From positions 24,180,001 through 24,244,000 of the forward strand of contig NC_045138.2 of the NCBI RefSeq assembly GCF_008831285.2: a stretch of 64,000 nucleotides of DNA, in the 5' to 3' direction. How positions within the stretch are numbered: position 1 is the first letter of the stretch; the number at the start of each line of letters is the position of its first letter. A model generated the notes under the pieces. That model saw nothing but the letters and a program-made list of their open reading frames with translations. It ran no database searches and had not been told where the DNA came from. The position numbers were made by a program, and so were the translations under genes. The stretch comes from Nymphaea colorata. Lineage: Eukaryota. Shown one piece after another: positions 1 through 13,674 of this stretch.

Positions 1-134
1 GCAAACACCATGGTCTCAAACAAGGAGGAATTTCCATTATCAAAAAAGATTATCAGTATTAATCCAACTCGAATGGGAGCATATCTGGTGGATGATGGTT
101 GTTTCCTTTTTTATTTTTTCCCCCCTCTTACCAG

Positions 135-1755
135 CTTGTTGAGGCCACAAACACAAACAGTAGTAGCGCTCTCACTATAAAAGCTTACTGGAATGACGTC
201 TTCCCTAGCACTCCCATGCCCAATGCCATTCAAGCTCTCCTACCATCCTCTTCAAAGATAAGAGGTACTTTCTTTTTCTCTCTCTCTCCCAAAAGCGTCG
301 ATCTAGTAAGGATTTGGAGAAATTAGTGGTTTCTTGGGAATGTTTATAGTTGCCCTTTTCTTACATTTTCATTTCTATCGAAGCTATTATTTAGAAGAAA
401 ATTTTAAAATAACATTTCTACGCCTTTCAAAATTCACGGAATTACAGTGCTTGCAGAAAGGCAGGCATGCACTCATGTTAGTTCCTAGCGTTTGTAGAAT
501 GGGGAGCCTTGTGAGCCGAGACGGGCTCACTGGAGGCATATTATCAAATCAGAAAAGAAAATTCAAATCTAACTAACAACCGACTGGAATTGCAGTATAT
601 GTGGTTTTGACGACTGTTTCCCTTCCAATCTTTGCGGCTCGTTGGGGCCACAAACCAAAGAACACGTTTTTAAAGTTTTTTTTTGGTGTTTTTTCACTAT
701 TTTTTCAAAATTTTTAAAGCCAAACAGTTTTTTTTTTTTTTTTTAATTATTACAAATCTACTTATCTTTTGATGTTTGTGTTATTAGTTTCTCACTTATT
801 TTAATTATTTTAAAATTTTAAAAAATTTTGTATTTTTTTCTCTTTTTGCTTTCTTCAAAGTCACTACTGAGAGCAACAGTTTAAAACTTTGAGATGTCAT
901 TTGTGATATATATATTAAGAAATAAGATTGAACAGCGAGCCTTTTTCAATTACTACTGCAGGAGTTGGTTCTGGACCAAGTATTCGCTGGGGTGAAAGGT
1001 GGGGTGTGTTGGGGCACAACCACGATCAGTCTAAGCGTAATTGGTCACCGAACCTTGCACCTCTATATTTCTTAAGGGACGACCTCCACCCTGGTAGCAA
1101 GATGAACGTCACCATAATGATCAGCCCGACAATGGTAGATGGTTCTAAAGGTGGTATCAGCATTGAGCCAACCTTCTTGCCACGCCAACAAGCTCAAGCA
1201 ATTCCCTTCTCCACCTCCAATCTCACTACCATCCTTAAGACGTTCTCCATTCAACCCCACTCTGAGTACGCATCTTTTACAAGGCAAACGCTTCAAGATT
1301 GTGAGGGGCCTGCACTTAAAGGAGAAGTTAAGTACTGTGCAACATCTCTGGAATCCATGATCGATTTCGTTGTCGCAGAACTCGGAAGCCGTGAGATTCA
1401 TGCAGTCGTCACTTCCGTTGTTAACAAAGAGGAGAAGGTGAAGGCGAGGACTTACAGAGTAGGTGATGGAGGGGGGAAAGTGATGTCTTCCAAAGTTGTG
1501 ACATGCCACGACGTCACGTTTCCTTATGCCGTCTTCTACTGCCACAATTTCCAGGGCACAAGGCCATACATGGTTCCATTGATTGCTGATGATGGTAGCC
1601 GAGTAAACGCCATTGCTTTGTGCCATTTTGATACATCAAATTGGAACCCTGGACACGCGAGCTTCCGGTTGCTGGGTGTGAAACCGGGAACTGTTCCCAT
1701 TTGCCACTTCATTCTAAAGGATCTCGCCTGGGTGACCTTCACGCTACCTCCTTAG
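135..1755 (+). CDS. BURP-domain protein copy 1 (exon 2 135-264, exon 3 962-1755; exon 1 lies upstream of the window); A/B chimera
   Basis: Exon 2 LVEATNTNSSSALTIKAYWNDVFPSTPMPNAI with cag/gt boundaries and a phase-1 intron. Exon 3 has the BURP signature CH-X10-CH-X25-CH-X25-CH-X7-W. An 8-bp deletion turns the usual C-terminus WVPN* into WVTFTLPP*. Confidence 0.85.
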
Positions 1756-4700
1756 TATGCGCCGGCTGTGTCCTAACCGGGGAAGCCACATGTGAGCTTA
1801 TGTGGGCAGTTGCCTACACAGTTTCACGTAATCTATTTATTTATATATTAGTTAGTCTCATTTATTTGCATACTAATTTTATATAATAATATTCGTGCAC
1901 CTCAAATATTATTTGCTTATTATCTACGGTGCCCTTGATTCATTTTATTATGTATTGGTTGCGATGACCATGTGGGCAAGTCTGTTTGTCTTCCTTTATT
2001 CACAACTTCTATGACACATGCTCTGGACTTATCAATCGAATCTATTGTCATTGTCAGGAAACTTGGTGAAAGCTTTCCACCAGATTATCTTATTTCATGT
2101 TGTTTTACTCCAACCGAAATTCATGAAGAAAGAAGAGAGAAATATCAACCATGTACACCTGTAAAGGAAATCCAACCTTATAGACTAATAAGCTGGGACC
2201 TCTGCCCTGCATGAAAGGTGAAAAGACAAAAGAAAGGCAAATGAATTATCAACTGTATACGCTGAAAGGCGATGCGTCGTACATGTATACAAAAACAGAG
2301 TATCTCTGTTTACTTGTCTACACAGACCTCTTCCTTGAAAAAGATGATAAAAAAAAAAAGGTTTGACGCCATACATGGTCAATTTTACTGAGCTTTCACT
2401 GCCTTCATGCTCAAAATAGACAAGATTCTGATATTATCTGCCCTGTTTTCTTGGACGTCTCAAACCACAACTTTTTTAACACCATCACCCTATTAACATG
2501 TGATGCAGATTTTTTAAACACTTTTCAACCCCATCACTATATTAATTTGTGATGTAGTTATTTTAATTATTAAATCGCCATATGGCCCTCAATAAACAAA
2601 GGCATCAGCATATGTGTTAATTTGTGATGCAATTGATAACAGGTAGTCAACATGACAATGCCCGTAGAGAAAATATGAGAACCATATGTCCTCTTGGGTG
2701 TCTGGAACTATGTTATTCGTCACCAGTGAAGGCGCCACAGCCCTATGATCAATTGCATAATATTGATGCTTACGTTGAATACCCAACTAACGTAACACCT
2801 TGCTGTCAAACATAAGAAAATGTCCTGATATGTGATCTGCTTAAGATCCAAGGCCTTCTCCAGAAGGGTGACGGATTCCAGAGGGAACAGAGCCTCTGGT
2901 TCTTTGATCACCATGTGCTAACTTAAACAAAGTAAACGCCGCGACATCTGTTGGCATGGTTTTCCCATTTCGACGACAGAATGCGGAGACAGATCTTCCA
3001 TCCCAACTTCCCTCCCTTTTCCAAGTTTTCCGTACTCACCGTCCACTTATTGTTTGGGACATCGATCTTTGAGTTGTCGACCATTGATCAGTTGATTAGT
3101 CCACACTGACTGTCAAACTAATTTGACAGAAGAAGTTGCTTTTGCCTTTCATTTGAGAACGAATTCGGACATATGCAAAGACTATTGAGCAGTTTACTTG
3201 TAAAAACAAGACTTTAGATGTGGGCTAATCAACTTGTCATATTTGGAGGAAAAATCTTTAACTTGCCTTCCGCATATGTCGTCACGTAGAAACTAACAAT
3301 AAATAGAGAAATTTACTAGTAATCTCTCAAACCTTTGACATATTTATAAATCAACAAAATGAACGTAATGGTTCGGAAATTGAAGAAAAGATGCTTGTTA
3401 ATTTCATGATGAGAGAGAAGTAGTAATGAGAAAAAAAACTATCAGTTATGCATTTTTTTTCTTAAATTTTTGACATATTTACGATACTAAATTTGACAAA
3501 ATGGTTCAGCAAAATTAAATATTTCAGAAATGAAGTTGCCCATTTTCACGAACCGTTTCAAGAATGCAACATACCACAGGCTTGAATCGGACCTCCCGTT
3601 AATCAAATCAGAAAAGAAACTTCAACTCTAACTAATGAATTTGAGTTGGCTGCATATTCAATTCTAACAAACATCCCAATCCATTTAGATACAATAATTC
3701 AACTTCATTGTGCATTTCATAGGAATCCAAATCCGAACAAGCAGCATGTGACCAGTTAAAATCACATGATTCAGAACCCTGTTTTAGTTGTCTGCCATTT
3801 TGGATTCCTTCCTGCTCATGACCTAAAAATCTGTTGACTCTCTCTCAAAACCAAAATAATGGATTTACAGTCGATGACACTGGTGATTCTTTTTTGCAGT
3901 ATAGACAATTGATGCATATCAACCCTCACCCGAGCAGTTGCACCAACACCTTTAAGGATTTGTATGCATTGTGTATATGCGCGTAAATACATATAAGAAC
4001 ATGGAGATAATACAAATCAATTCTTTTCTTTTGTTGGAGATAAATTTGTTTAACCTGCGGTATCGACGATGATTCCTCTCTCAACTTTCCTTCCATCAAC
4101 ACTTCCATCTCTGTTGCAGGGGGGAAAGTTTCTTCTCAGAACACATGGAGGTCAATATCGGTTGCTATCCATTGATGTGAACTTTTTCTCAGCAAATCCA
4201 CTTCCGTCCCAGCCTGCATAGGGAAGTGGACCAAATGGGGAGGCCGGAAAATTCAACATTCTGGCCGCTAGATGATCTGTGGAGTAAAAACCGGCCAATT
4301 CACTCACCTACTATTCACCTCAGACTAAAAACGTCGGAGCCGACTTCGAGAAAAAAAAAATACTTGATCATTTTCTAAGTATTTGTGATGTTACCGTATA
4401 TTTTTCTGACCCACAACGTATCCTACCCGTATCAATCCATTCACGTGTGTTTGGTGCGTGGGGACACTCACATTCCCGGGAAACTGTAAAAGAAAAGAAA
4501 AACAGGAATTTTAAAATTTAAAACAAGGGATTTTTATTTGGGTCCTACTTTTTAATTATGATCGGTTTTTAATTTCCAATCTTTGTTTAACAGACCTCAG
4601 TTAGAAAAGGGCAAAAAAAAAAATGTTATCATCTTACACGACGTAGAAATTTGTGCTTTTCATCATTTCATTTTAAAAGCAAAAAAATGAAAAAGTATTT

Positions 4701-5176
4701 TTCTTTTCCTTTTACACTATAAAGGACGTCATGTATTTATTTTCATCATGTTAATTTGATATCTTGTCCAAAGTCAAAAACCAACGGTAAAAACTAATGG
4801 TAATGGCGACATGTTTATTGAGAAACGGCGAAAGAATGTAATGAATAGAGATTACATGGTTCAAGATCTTTGTATCTAGCCATATGGGCGGCGCATGCGA
4901 GGCACTTGGTCAAAACCTCGCGCTCGCCGAAATGGAAACTGAAGCGCCTAGTCGCGCACCACCAACTGGGGACATAAGCTTGTCGGTGTCAGGAGTCGAC
5001 CTAATTGATTGGATCGACCAGCCACCATCGTTTTCTGCTTTTGTAAAATCCGTCGTATCTGGTGAAATACACATTCCAGATTCATATAAAAATGATATTT
5101 TAGATTGAATTTTTGGTAACATTTAAGGACCATTGGCTGGAACCTTTTTGCTATCCAAGATTGCGTTTGAGCCCAA

Positions 5177-6694
5177 ATGGATAACATCATCTCCATCGTC
5201 TCGCTCTCAACCCTCTTTCTCGTAAGTGCTCATTGTCTCTCCTCCATCCAAGTAGCAAACCCTATGATTCAGGCACCGTAGAACTTCCGAGTGAGGGCCA
5301 CCCTACCTGCTGGGAATTGAGCCGGTGTCTACCGCTTTCAGCTTTACCACATCGCTGCACACACGTCTCAAACGAGGGAGCATGTGTTTTCATAACCAAG
5401 CAGTCTTTTTGCACAAAGATTGCCTCCATTATCCGACTTGAATTGCAACCTATATGGTGGATGATGACTGTTTCCTTTTTTCAATCTTAGCAGCTCGTTG
5501 TGGCCACAAACGATGGCTCTTCTACTATAAATTCTTATTGGAACGAGGTCTTCCCGAGAACCCCCATGCCCAATGCCATTAGAGCTCTCCTGCCATCCTC
5601 TCCTGAGATATCAGGTACTCTATTAGTGGTCCTCTTATCTGTTAGCTTTTCAGAAAATAACAGGAACATTTTTTTCTCTGGCCCGTCATGACTGGTGCTG
5701 ATGAATTGAGACTATGGAATTGTGTGTATACACACACACAAAGAAATAGGATTCACCAAGTTACCTTTTTCACTTACTGCAGGATTTAGTCGCGGTCTTC
5801 ACCACTATGACCAAGTGGAAACACCTCTTTATCCTCAACCCTGGGGTAGAAGGTGGGGTGTGTTGGGTAATGACCACGATCAGTTTAAGAGTAATTGGTC
5901 ACCGAACCTTGCACCTCTGTATTTCTTAAGGGACGACCTGCAGCCTGGTAGCAAGATGAACGTCACCATCATGATCAGCCCGACAATAATAGATGGTTCT
6001 AGACTTGAGGCTCCATTTCACATGGAGCTTTCTTGGGCTGGCGTGGGCAGGCGCCCACGCCTGCCCCACGCTGGCTCCGCCACTGGTTCTAGTGGTGGTA
6101 CCAGCATTGAGCCAACCTTCTTGCCACGCCAACGAGCTGAAGCAATTCCCTTCTCGACCTCCAATCTCACTACCATCCTTAATCCTTAAGATGTTCTCCA
6201 TTCAACCCCACTCTGAGCATGCATCTCTTACAAGCCAAACGCTTGCTGATTGCGAGATGCCTGCACTTAAAGGAGAAGTTAAGTATTGTGCAACATCACT
6301 GGAATCCATGATTGATTTCGTTGTCGCAGAACTTGGAAGCCGTGAGATTCATACAGTGGTCACTTCCGTTGTTAACAAAGAGGAAAAAGTGAAGGCCAGG
6401 ACTTATAGGGTAGGTGATGGAGGGGGAAAGGTGATATCTTCCAAAGTTGTGGCATGCCACGATGTGATGTTTCCTTATGTCGTCTTCTACTGCCACATTT
6501 TCCCAGGGACAAGGCCATACATGGTTCCTTTGATTGCTGACGATGGTAGCCAGGTGAATGCCATTGCTTTGTGTCATTTTGATACATCAAAATGGAATCC
6601 TGGGCATGCCAGCTTCCAGTTGCTAGGCGTCAAACCTGGAACTGTTCCCATTTGCCACTTCATTGTTAAAGACCTTGCTTGGGTCCCCAACTAA
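5177..6694 (+). pseudogene. BURP-domain gene copy 2, type B (exons 5177-5221, 5494-5614, 5783-6694), frameshifted
   Basis: Signal-peptide exon MDNIISIVSLSTLFL|gtaagt. A 7-bp tandem duplication ATCCTTA (6175-6188) shifts frame, giving a stop at 6189. There is also a 90-bp in-frame insertion at ~6003-6092. All four CH motifs are in the shifted frame. Confidence 0.85.
5994..6092. mobile_element. Short transposon-like insertion in BURP copy 2 exon 3 (truncated MITE/hAT-like)
   Basis: Absent from paralogues (compare 51031). Flanked by direct repeat TGGTTCTAG (5994-6002, 6084-6092). GC-rich internal hairpins. Right end GCTCCGCCACTG resembles a plant hAT-type terminal inverted repeat. Confidence 0.55.
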
Positions 6695-7882
6695 TCTACA
6701 TGCCGCCTCCTTAGTTCCTTGTGCTGTCTGGAGATCCCTTGAATAAGATCCAGGGCAGAACTCCTCTATCACTGGTTTTGGTTTTGATGGATGATTTTCT
6801 AGAGTTCACGGGATGGGCCAATTGACCAGATCGTTCTGCGAATTAGTCGCGCTAGAGTGGTTTCCATAGATGAATAGCTTTATCTTATCTTACACATGAA
6901 ACGCCAATGAAGGTGTGAGAATGGCAAAGAACATGTATCCATTGAGTCCTTCGAGTGCTCCTCTGTTGCAGACACCTATCTAAAACAGTAGGCACCGGAT
7001 CACATGGCTTTAGTATTTTAATATGGCTTTTGGATGAATAGTTTTTATCAATATGGTTGTAAGAATTTGTCCATATAAAGGTAAAGATTGAGAGAGCAAG
7101 TACTTTCGGACTTAGCAGATGCGAAATTAGAGGCAAATGACTTAGAGATCAGGGTTCAGATATCAGGTTCTTATCGCGTGGAGGCATCTAATGCGCGAGT
7201 TAGAGTTGGAGACCTCCAACGACGTGGATCTAGAAATTCGTTTTAGTTCGCATGACTCCTAATTTCTAGTCGGACTGATTCTGTGTTTAATTCCTACTCC
7301 TAATTCCTATCCAACATATATCATTATGTTGCCACAATAGCTCCAAGTTAATATCAAAAGAGTTTAATTTTTTTTTTTTTATTATGCACTTGCGCAGATG
7401 TTAGCTTTCGTCCATCCGGAAAACCACATCGCTCCACCAGCAGCCAGAAGGGGCTTTCCATTACTCAAGTTGAAATCCACTCACCATCTATTAACTTTTT
7501 CCAATTTTTTGAATCGTGAAAGAGAGTATCAACAGAACCTTTTTCAAATATGGTTTGAATCGTGAAAGAGAGTATCAACAGAACCTTTTTCAAATATGGT
7601 TTGCTCCTTGGCTGGAAATTTCCAGCTCCACAAATCAAATGGTCCAAAAGGTAAAATGGATTGAGTCACAACGTCTACGTAACATGTCCATAACATGGAT
7701 TGACGCATTCACCCGCCGCCGTCTTTTGGTCAGCGGCCATGCAAAATATGAATTTAACTGACCGATTATCTCACTTACCATATCCTATAGCGACTTTTTC
7801 TGGAATAAACAACACTGTGGGCAACGTCTATATATAATTATCAGGCGGAAAAATAAAAAGAAGATATCGGTCTTTATTAGCC

Positions 7883-7889
7883 TATAAAA
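7883..7889 (+). promoter_or_regulatory. TATA box of type A BURP genes (also near 33648, 40045, 53226)
   Basis: CCTATAAA(A/T)TGGAGAG is conserved 55-70 bp upstream of the ATG in type A copies; it is mutated to TACAAAA near 63914. Confidence 0.6.
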
Positions 7890-7952
7890 TGGAGAGATAG
7901 TTGCCGCCTTCTCCATATAGATGATCATTTGAGTTCGAGCCAGCTTACTACA

Positions 7953-8342
7953 ATGGGAAGCTGGATTTCATTCTTCTCACTCTCAACTCTCCTTCTGGTA
8001 AGTGCTCGTATTCATCAACTCCCTTCGTTGCTAGATCTACACTCCGGGCTTCAGGCAGCCGCGGGATTCGGCCTTCCACAACGCTGCAAACACTATGGTC
8101 TCCAACAAGGAGGAATTTCTTTCCGTCATAAAAAAAGATTCAGTATTAATCCAGCAGCATATATGGTGGATGGTGGTTGTTTCCTTTTTTATTTTTTTCC
8201 CCCTCTTACCAGCTTGTTGAGGCCACAAACACAAACAGTAGTAGCGCTCTCACTATAAAAGCTTACTGGAATGACGTCCTCCCCAGCACTCCCATGCCCA
8301 ATGCCATTCAAGCTCTCCTACCATCCTCTACAAAGATATTAG
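7953..8342 (+). pseudogene. BURP gene copy 3, type A; exons 1 (7953-7997) and 2 (8213-8342) only, exon 3 lost
   Basis: MGSWISFFSLSTLLL|gtaagt and exon 2 are intact. Intron 2 is interrupted by the copia element, continues to ~14465, then switches to unrelated intergenic sequence. Confidence 0.8.
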
Positions 8343-8345
8343 GTA

Positions 8346-8389
<44 letters not shown>

Positions 8390-8941
8390 AGCATCGTTCT
8401 AGTAAGGGTTTGGAGAAATTAGTGGTTTCTTGGGCATGCTTATAGTCACCTTTTTCTATTACATTTTTACGCCTTCCCAAATTCACAGAATCACAGTAAT
8501 TGATGAAGGGCAGGCATGCACTCATGTTAGTTCCTAGCATTTGTAGAATGAGGAGCATTGCAGCGTGGGGGCTCACTGGCGGGGAAATGTGAGTGTGGCC
8601 AGTCATCATGGCAGTCCATTTATTTGAGGCATGTTATCAAACATTCCGCGTGCATAAACATTCAACATGGAAGTTGAAGGAATCCCTGTCTTCATCATTT
8701 GATATAGGATATATAGCCTGGTTTGGTTAAGATGGAACATAATCAACTGAATCTACTGCTGTGCCTTCCACCAACAATAAGAGCGTTTCTCTAGACTTTA
8801 GCCACGGTAAAGTCCAAGTCTTCTGCGTTCGACTCGTCATTGCAGGGCAGCATCCCGCGTGTTCTGCGCAGGAGTCAAAATGGATTGCATATGTCCACAA
8901 GGGAGATAGCAGGAGCAAGATATGACATAGATACCATGTGT

Positions 8942-9601
8942 TGTTGGGATACAATGCGGATAAACACGAATCTACTAAAAAAGATTCAACAACGAAGTAT
9001 AGTCCAAACCGATCATGCAAGAAGCAACAAACCAACGACCAAACAATCACAAATGCGCAAGAAGATTTTTACGTGGAAAACCCCTCTAAACAATGAGGGT
9101 AAAAACCATGGGGTACTATGACCCAAACTCAATCCACTATAATCAATGATATAAGTTGTCCCACGAGGGGCTACACAAAGCCAACCCTCCAACAATAATA
9201 TCTCACCAAAGCTATATGAGAAAAACAATGGAAAAATATCACCGATTGAATGCCCAAAACGTGGATTGGGAGGAGATGCGTTTCGCCTCCTCGTTGGAAT
9301 CGAATCTTGCTCTAGCCAAATGCTCGCAACCTTCTCTTGCTCTTCTCCTTTCTTCTTCTCCTTCTCTCCTCTCTTCTTCTCCTTTTCGCCTCTTGTTGTG
9401 CAGCCACCAAGAGAGAGTACGAAAGATCACACCTCTCCTTCTCTTTTCCCAAAAACGGAACCCTAAAGAGAGAGTGAGAGAGAGACGTGAAAAAGAACGA
9501 GTGAGAGTGGGGGGCACCATCGGGTGCCCTCCTTTTCCTTCCGCCCATCACTTAAGTGACAGGCTGGATCGGGTCCACTTGAGGCTGGACCCGACCCAAC
9601 A
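8942..9601 (-). repeat. 3' LTR of copia element
   Basis: Direct repeat of 13675-14334 with 7 substitutions seen by eye; adjacent to PPT. Confidence 0.95.
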
Positions 9602-9652
9602 AGCTCCCCCTCCAGCCTCAAGTGAGGGAACATACCTGCAAAATGAACAAAA

Positions 9653-12600
9653 TTAATATACTGCCTTAGAGGCAGTCATCCCAACTAAGTCTCTACACAT
9701 ATCATGTTTCTCTTTAGGTAGAGACTTCGTCATCATATCTGCAGGATTATCATCTGTATGGATCTTATCAAGAACAAGCTGCTTCGACTCTAGAACATCA
9801 CGTATCCAATGATACCTCACGTCTATATGCTTTGACCTTGCATGAAAAGTAGAATTCTTTCCAAGGTGAATAGCACTCTGACTGTCACAGTAAAGCACGT
9901 ACTCGTCTTGACTGAACTGAAGTTCCTGCATGAACCTCTTCATCCATAGGAGCTCCTTGCTCGCCTCTGTAGCTGCAATAAACTCTGCTTCAGTAGTAGA
10001 TAATGCTACACATTTCTGAAGTCTGGATTGCCAAGAAACTGCACCACCTGCATATGTCAATAAAAAACCAGATGTAGATCTTCTCCCATCAATGTCTCCT
10101 GCCATGTCTGAATCTGTATAGCCAACAAGAATAGGTTTTTCTGCCCCAAAACAAAGTGAAAAACTGCTAGTCCCACGAAGGTATCTCAAAATCCATTTAA
10201 CTGCTTCCCAGTGTTTCTTTCATGGATTTGAGATAAACCGACTAACAACTCCAACTGAATGAGCAATATCAGGTCTAGTACATACCATAGCATACATCAG
10301 ACTACCTGTGACTGAGGCATAGGGAATCTTCTCCATATCTTCCTTTTCTGAATCTGTCCTGCTTGGTGCTCAACTTGAAATGCGCTGCAAGAGGGGTGCT
10401 AACAGGCTTTGCCTTGTCCATATGAAATCTTTGAAGTACATTCTCAATGTACTTCTCTCGAGATAGCCATAGCTTCTTCGACTTCCTATCTCGTATGATC
10501 TTCATACCCAAAATCTGACTAGCAGGTCCCAAGTCTTTCATAGCAAAAGACTTGCTCAACTCCTTTTTCAAGCTTGAAATTCTCGAGATATTATTGCCAA
10601 CAATAAGCATGTCATCAACATAAATCAATAAAATGACAAAATCATTACCTGAGAATTTTTTCACAAAGACGCAGTGATCTGAAGTAGTCTTGGTGTAGCC
10701 ATACTCCCCATAAATGACTCGAACTTCTTGTACCACTGCCTAGGTGCCTGCTTCAGACCATACAAGCTTTTCTTTAATCTGCAAACATGGTTTTCTTTAC
10801 CTTTCATAAGAAAACCTTCTGACTGCATCATGTAAATTTCTTCATCAAGATCACCATGAAGAAAAGCTGTCTTCACATCCATTTGTTCGATCTCCAAATC
10901 AAGACTGGCTGTCAAACTAAGAACAACTCTGATAGATGACATCTTGACCACCGGTGAGAATATCTCGTCGAAGTCAACTCCTTTCCTCTGATTGAACCCC
11001 TTCACAACCAACCTAGCTTTGTATCTTGGGTTTAAAGAGTTTTCATCATGCTTCACTCTAAAAACCCATTTGTTTCTCAATTCCCTCTTGCCTTGGGGCA
11101 ACTCCACAAGCTCGAAGGTGTGGTTGTCGTAAAGTGACTGCATCTCATCTTTCATGGCTTCCATCCACTTTTCCTTGTGCACATCATGCACAGCTTCTTC
11201 ATAGCATTCAGGCTCACCACTGTCAGTCAACAAAATATAGTCATGTGCGGGATATCTAGTTGAGGGACGTCGCTCCCTCGTGGATCTCCGCTGCTGATCT
11301 ACATCTGAGGAAGAACCCTCCAGATTATGATCATCATTTTCATCATCTGAATTAGGAATATATGGCATGTCTACTTGTCCTTCTCTATCATGTATCTGCC
11401 CAACAGCATCATCTGGCACTGCTCTTGAAGTATTCTGCAAGGGAATAGGGTCCACATCAACTGACAAATAGCAGTTATGAGAAGAATCCTTTACTGCTTT
11501 CTGAATATCCTCAATATTCTGATCTTCAGCAAATACCACATCCCTGCTTCTGACAAGCTTCTTCTCAACTGGATCATACAATCTGTAACCAAATTCATCA
11601 TGGCCATAACCCAAAAACATGCACTGCCTGCTTTTTGATTCCAACTTCGATCTCTCATCCTTTGGTATATGCACAAATGCCCTGCATCTAAATACACGTA
11701 AGTGCTCATAGGATACATCTTTCCCATACCAAACTCTGTTAGGAACATCACCATCCAAAGGAACATGTGGAGACAAGTTAATCACATAAGCAGCAATATG
11801 TAAAGCTTCACACCAAAAAGAATCAGATAACTTAGCTTCAGATAGGAGACATCTAACTCTCTCCATGAGTGTCCTGTTCATCCTTTCTGCCACGCCATTC
11901 AATGGAGGAGTCTTAGGTGGAGTCTTCTGGTGCCTGATGCCATGAGATTTGCAATACTCATCAAATGGACCAATATACTCTCCCCCATTATCGCTGCGAA
12001 CACACTTCGGCTTCTTTCCAGACTGCCTTTCAACCAGTGCATGAAAGTCCTTGAAAACACCAAGGACTTGGTCTTTCCTCTTCAAAGAATAGACCCAAAC
12101 TTTTCTTGGAAAAATCATCAATAAACGTGACAAAATAAAGTGCACCACCATGTGAACTTACTTTCATAGGACCGCATACATCTGTATGAACCAGCTCAAG
12201 TGCTTCTGACTTTCTGGAAGGTGGATGACTCTTGAAAGAGACCCGCGTCTGCTTACCTGCAAAACAATGACTGCATTTATCAAGTTTATCCTTCTTTACA
12301 TCTTGTAGAAGATTCTTCTTGATCAAAAATTGTAGTCCCTTGTCACTCATATGTCCCAGCCTCCTGTGCCACAACTCTATAGATTTCTCATCCTGTGTCA
12401 CATGTACCATGTCTCTGGAAATCGATGCCTGCATAGTATAAAGATTATTGCTGCATCTTTTGCCTCGAGCAATAATCAAGGAACCTCTAGTAAGCTTCCA
12501 CTGGCCATCACCAAAAGTGTTGTGATACCCTTCTTCATCGAGCCTTCCTGCAGAAATAAGGTTCAGATGCATGTCAGGTGCATGCCTCACATCTGTCAGC

Positions 12601-13655
12601 TTCAATAGAGCTCCATTCGCATTCTTCAAAATGACGTCGCCTTTGCCTACAACATGAGACAAAGAACCATTACCCATTCTCAAAGTACCAAAATCACCAG
12701 AAATATATGAAGAGAAAAAATCCTTATGGGAAGTAACATGAAGAGCTGAACCACTATCAACAACCCAACAAGTATCGTCTCTAGCAACATTAACCATGTT
12801 AGCATCACAAACAACAAACATTTCATGTTGTGCAGCAGCTGCGACATTGTCATCTCGGTCATTTTTCTTCTCTTGTTTCTCCCCAATTTTATTCTCCTTC
12901 TTCAACTGAAAGCAATACTTTTTTATGTGTCCTTTCTTTCCACAGTGGTGGCATTCCAAATTCTTATATCTCGATTTGGACTTGCTTCTGCTTTTATCTC
13001 TGCCCCTGTCACTCTTGAATTTACTCCTCCCCCTGTTCTCTGTGAAAAGAACCTTTGTCGGAGAAGAGCAAGCCTGAGATTTTCTTCTCATCTCCTCATT
13101 GAGAATACCTGACTTAACAGTCTCTAAAGAAACAACCCCATTAGCTGCAGAGTTAGTAAGCGAGACTCTAAATGTCTCCCACGAATCAGGCAAAGTAGCA
13201 AGCAATAATAATCCCAAAATCTCATCTTCAAATTTAACGCCCATACTGGATAACTGACTAATGACCCCCTAAAAATCATTTAGAAAATCTGACACTGAAC
13301 TGCCCTCCCTGAATCTCAAATTCATCAATCTTTTCAGAAGAAATAATTTACTACTTCCTGTCTTGGAGGCATAAAGATTTTCTAATTTTGCCCACAAACT
13401 ACATGCATGATTTTCATCTTGGATATGGTTATAAACATTTTCATCCACAAATTGTCGAATGAAACCACAAACTTGTTCGTGTTCAAATTCCCATTCTTCG
13501 TCAGACTTAGAATCGGGCTTTTCTTTGGCAAAAACTGGGAGGTGCATAGCCTTCACATATAAGAGATCTTTCATCTTATTTTTCCATAGACTATAATTAG
13601 TCCCATTTAGACTAATCATACGGCTAGTACCAAAATCAATTTTGTTATCCACCAT
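9653..13655 (-). pseudogene. copia gag-pol polyprotein (Gag with CCHC knuckle, protease, integrase, RT, RNase H), disrupted
   Basis: CHHCGKKGHIKKYC, WVVDSG, LWHRRLGH...CSHC, RSDNGGEY, YVDDML, YTDSDMAG/SKHIDVRYHWIR in copia order. In-frame stop at 13269 and frameshifts near 12110, 10710 and 10350. Confidence 0.93.
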
Positions 13656-13674
13656 GTTGGCTCTGATACCACTT

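Noticed and set aside
1072..1626. 184-aa antisense ORF repeated at 18842-19396 and similar ORFs opposite other BURP exons
   Set aside because: Shadow frames of BURP exon 3; their recurrence only reflects duplication.
6003..6083. FHMELSW as an internal burpitide core
   Set aside because: Found in one pseudogene only, inside an insertion with direct-repeat flanks and TE-like structure.
7511..7602. Exact 46-bp tandem duplication upstream of copy 3
   Set aside because: Local slippage in one copy with no sign of function.
9156..9656. 166-aa and 157-aa ORFs, and RE-rich antisense ORFs, repeated at 13889-14362
   Set aside because: They lie within the two LTRs and come from CT/GA-rich low-complexity sequence.
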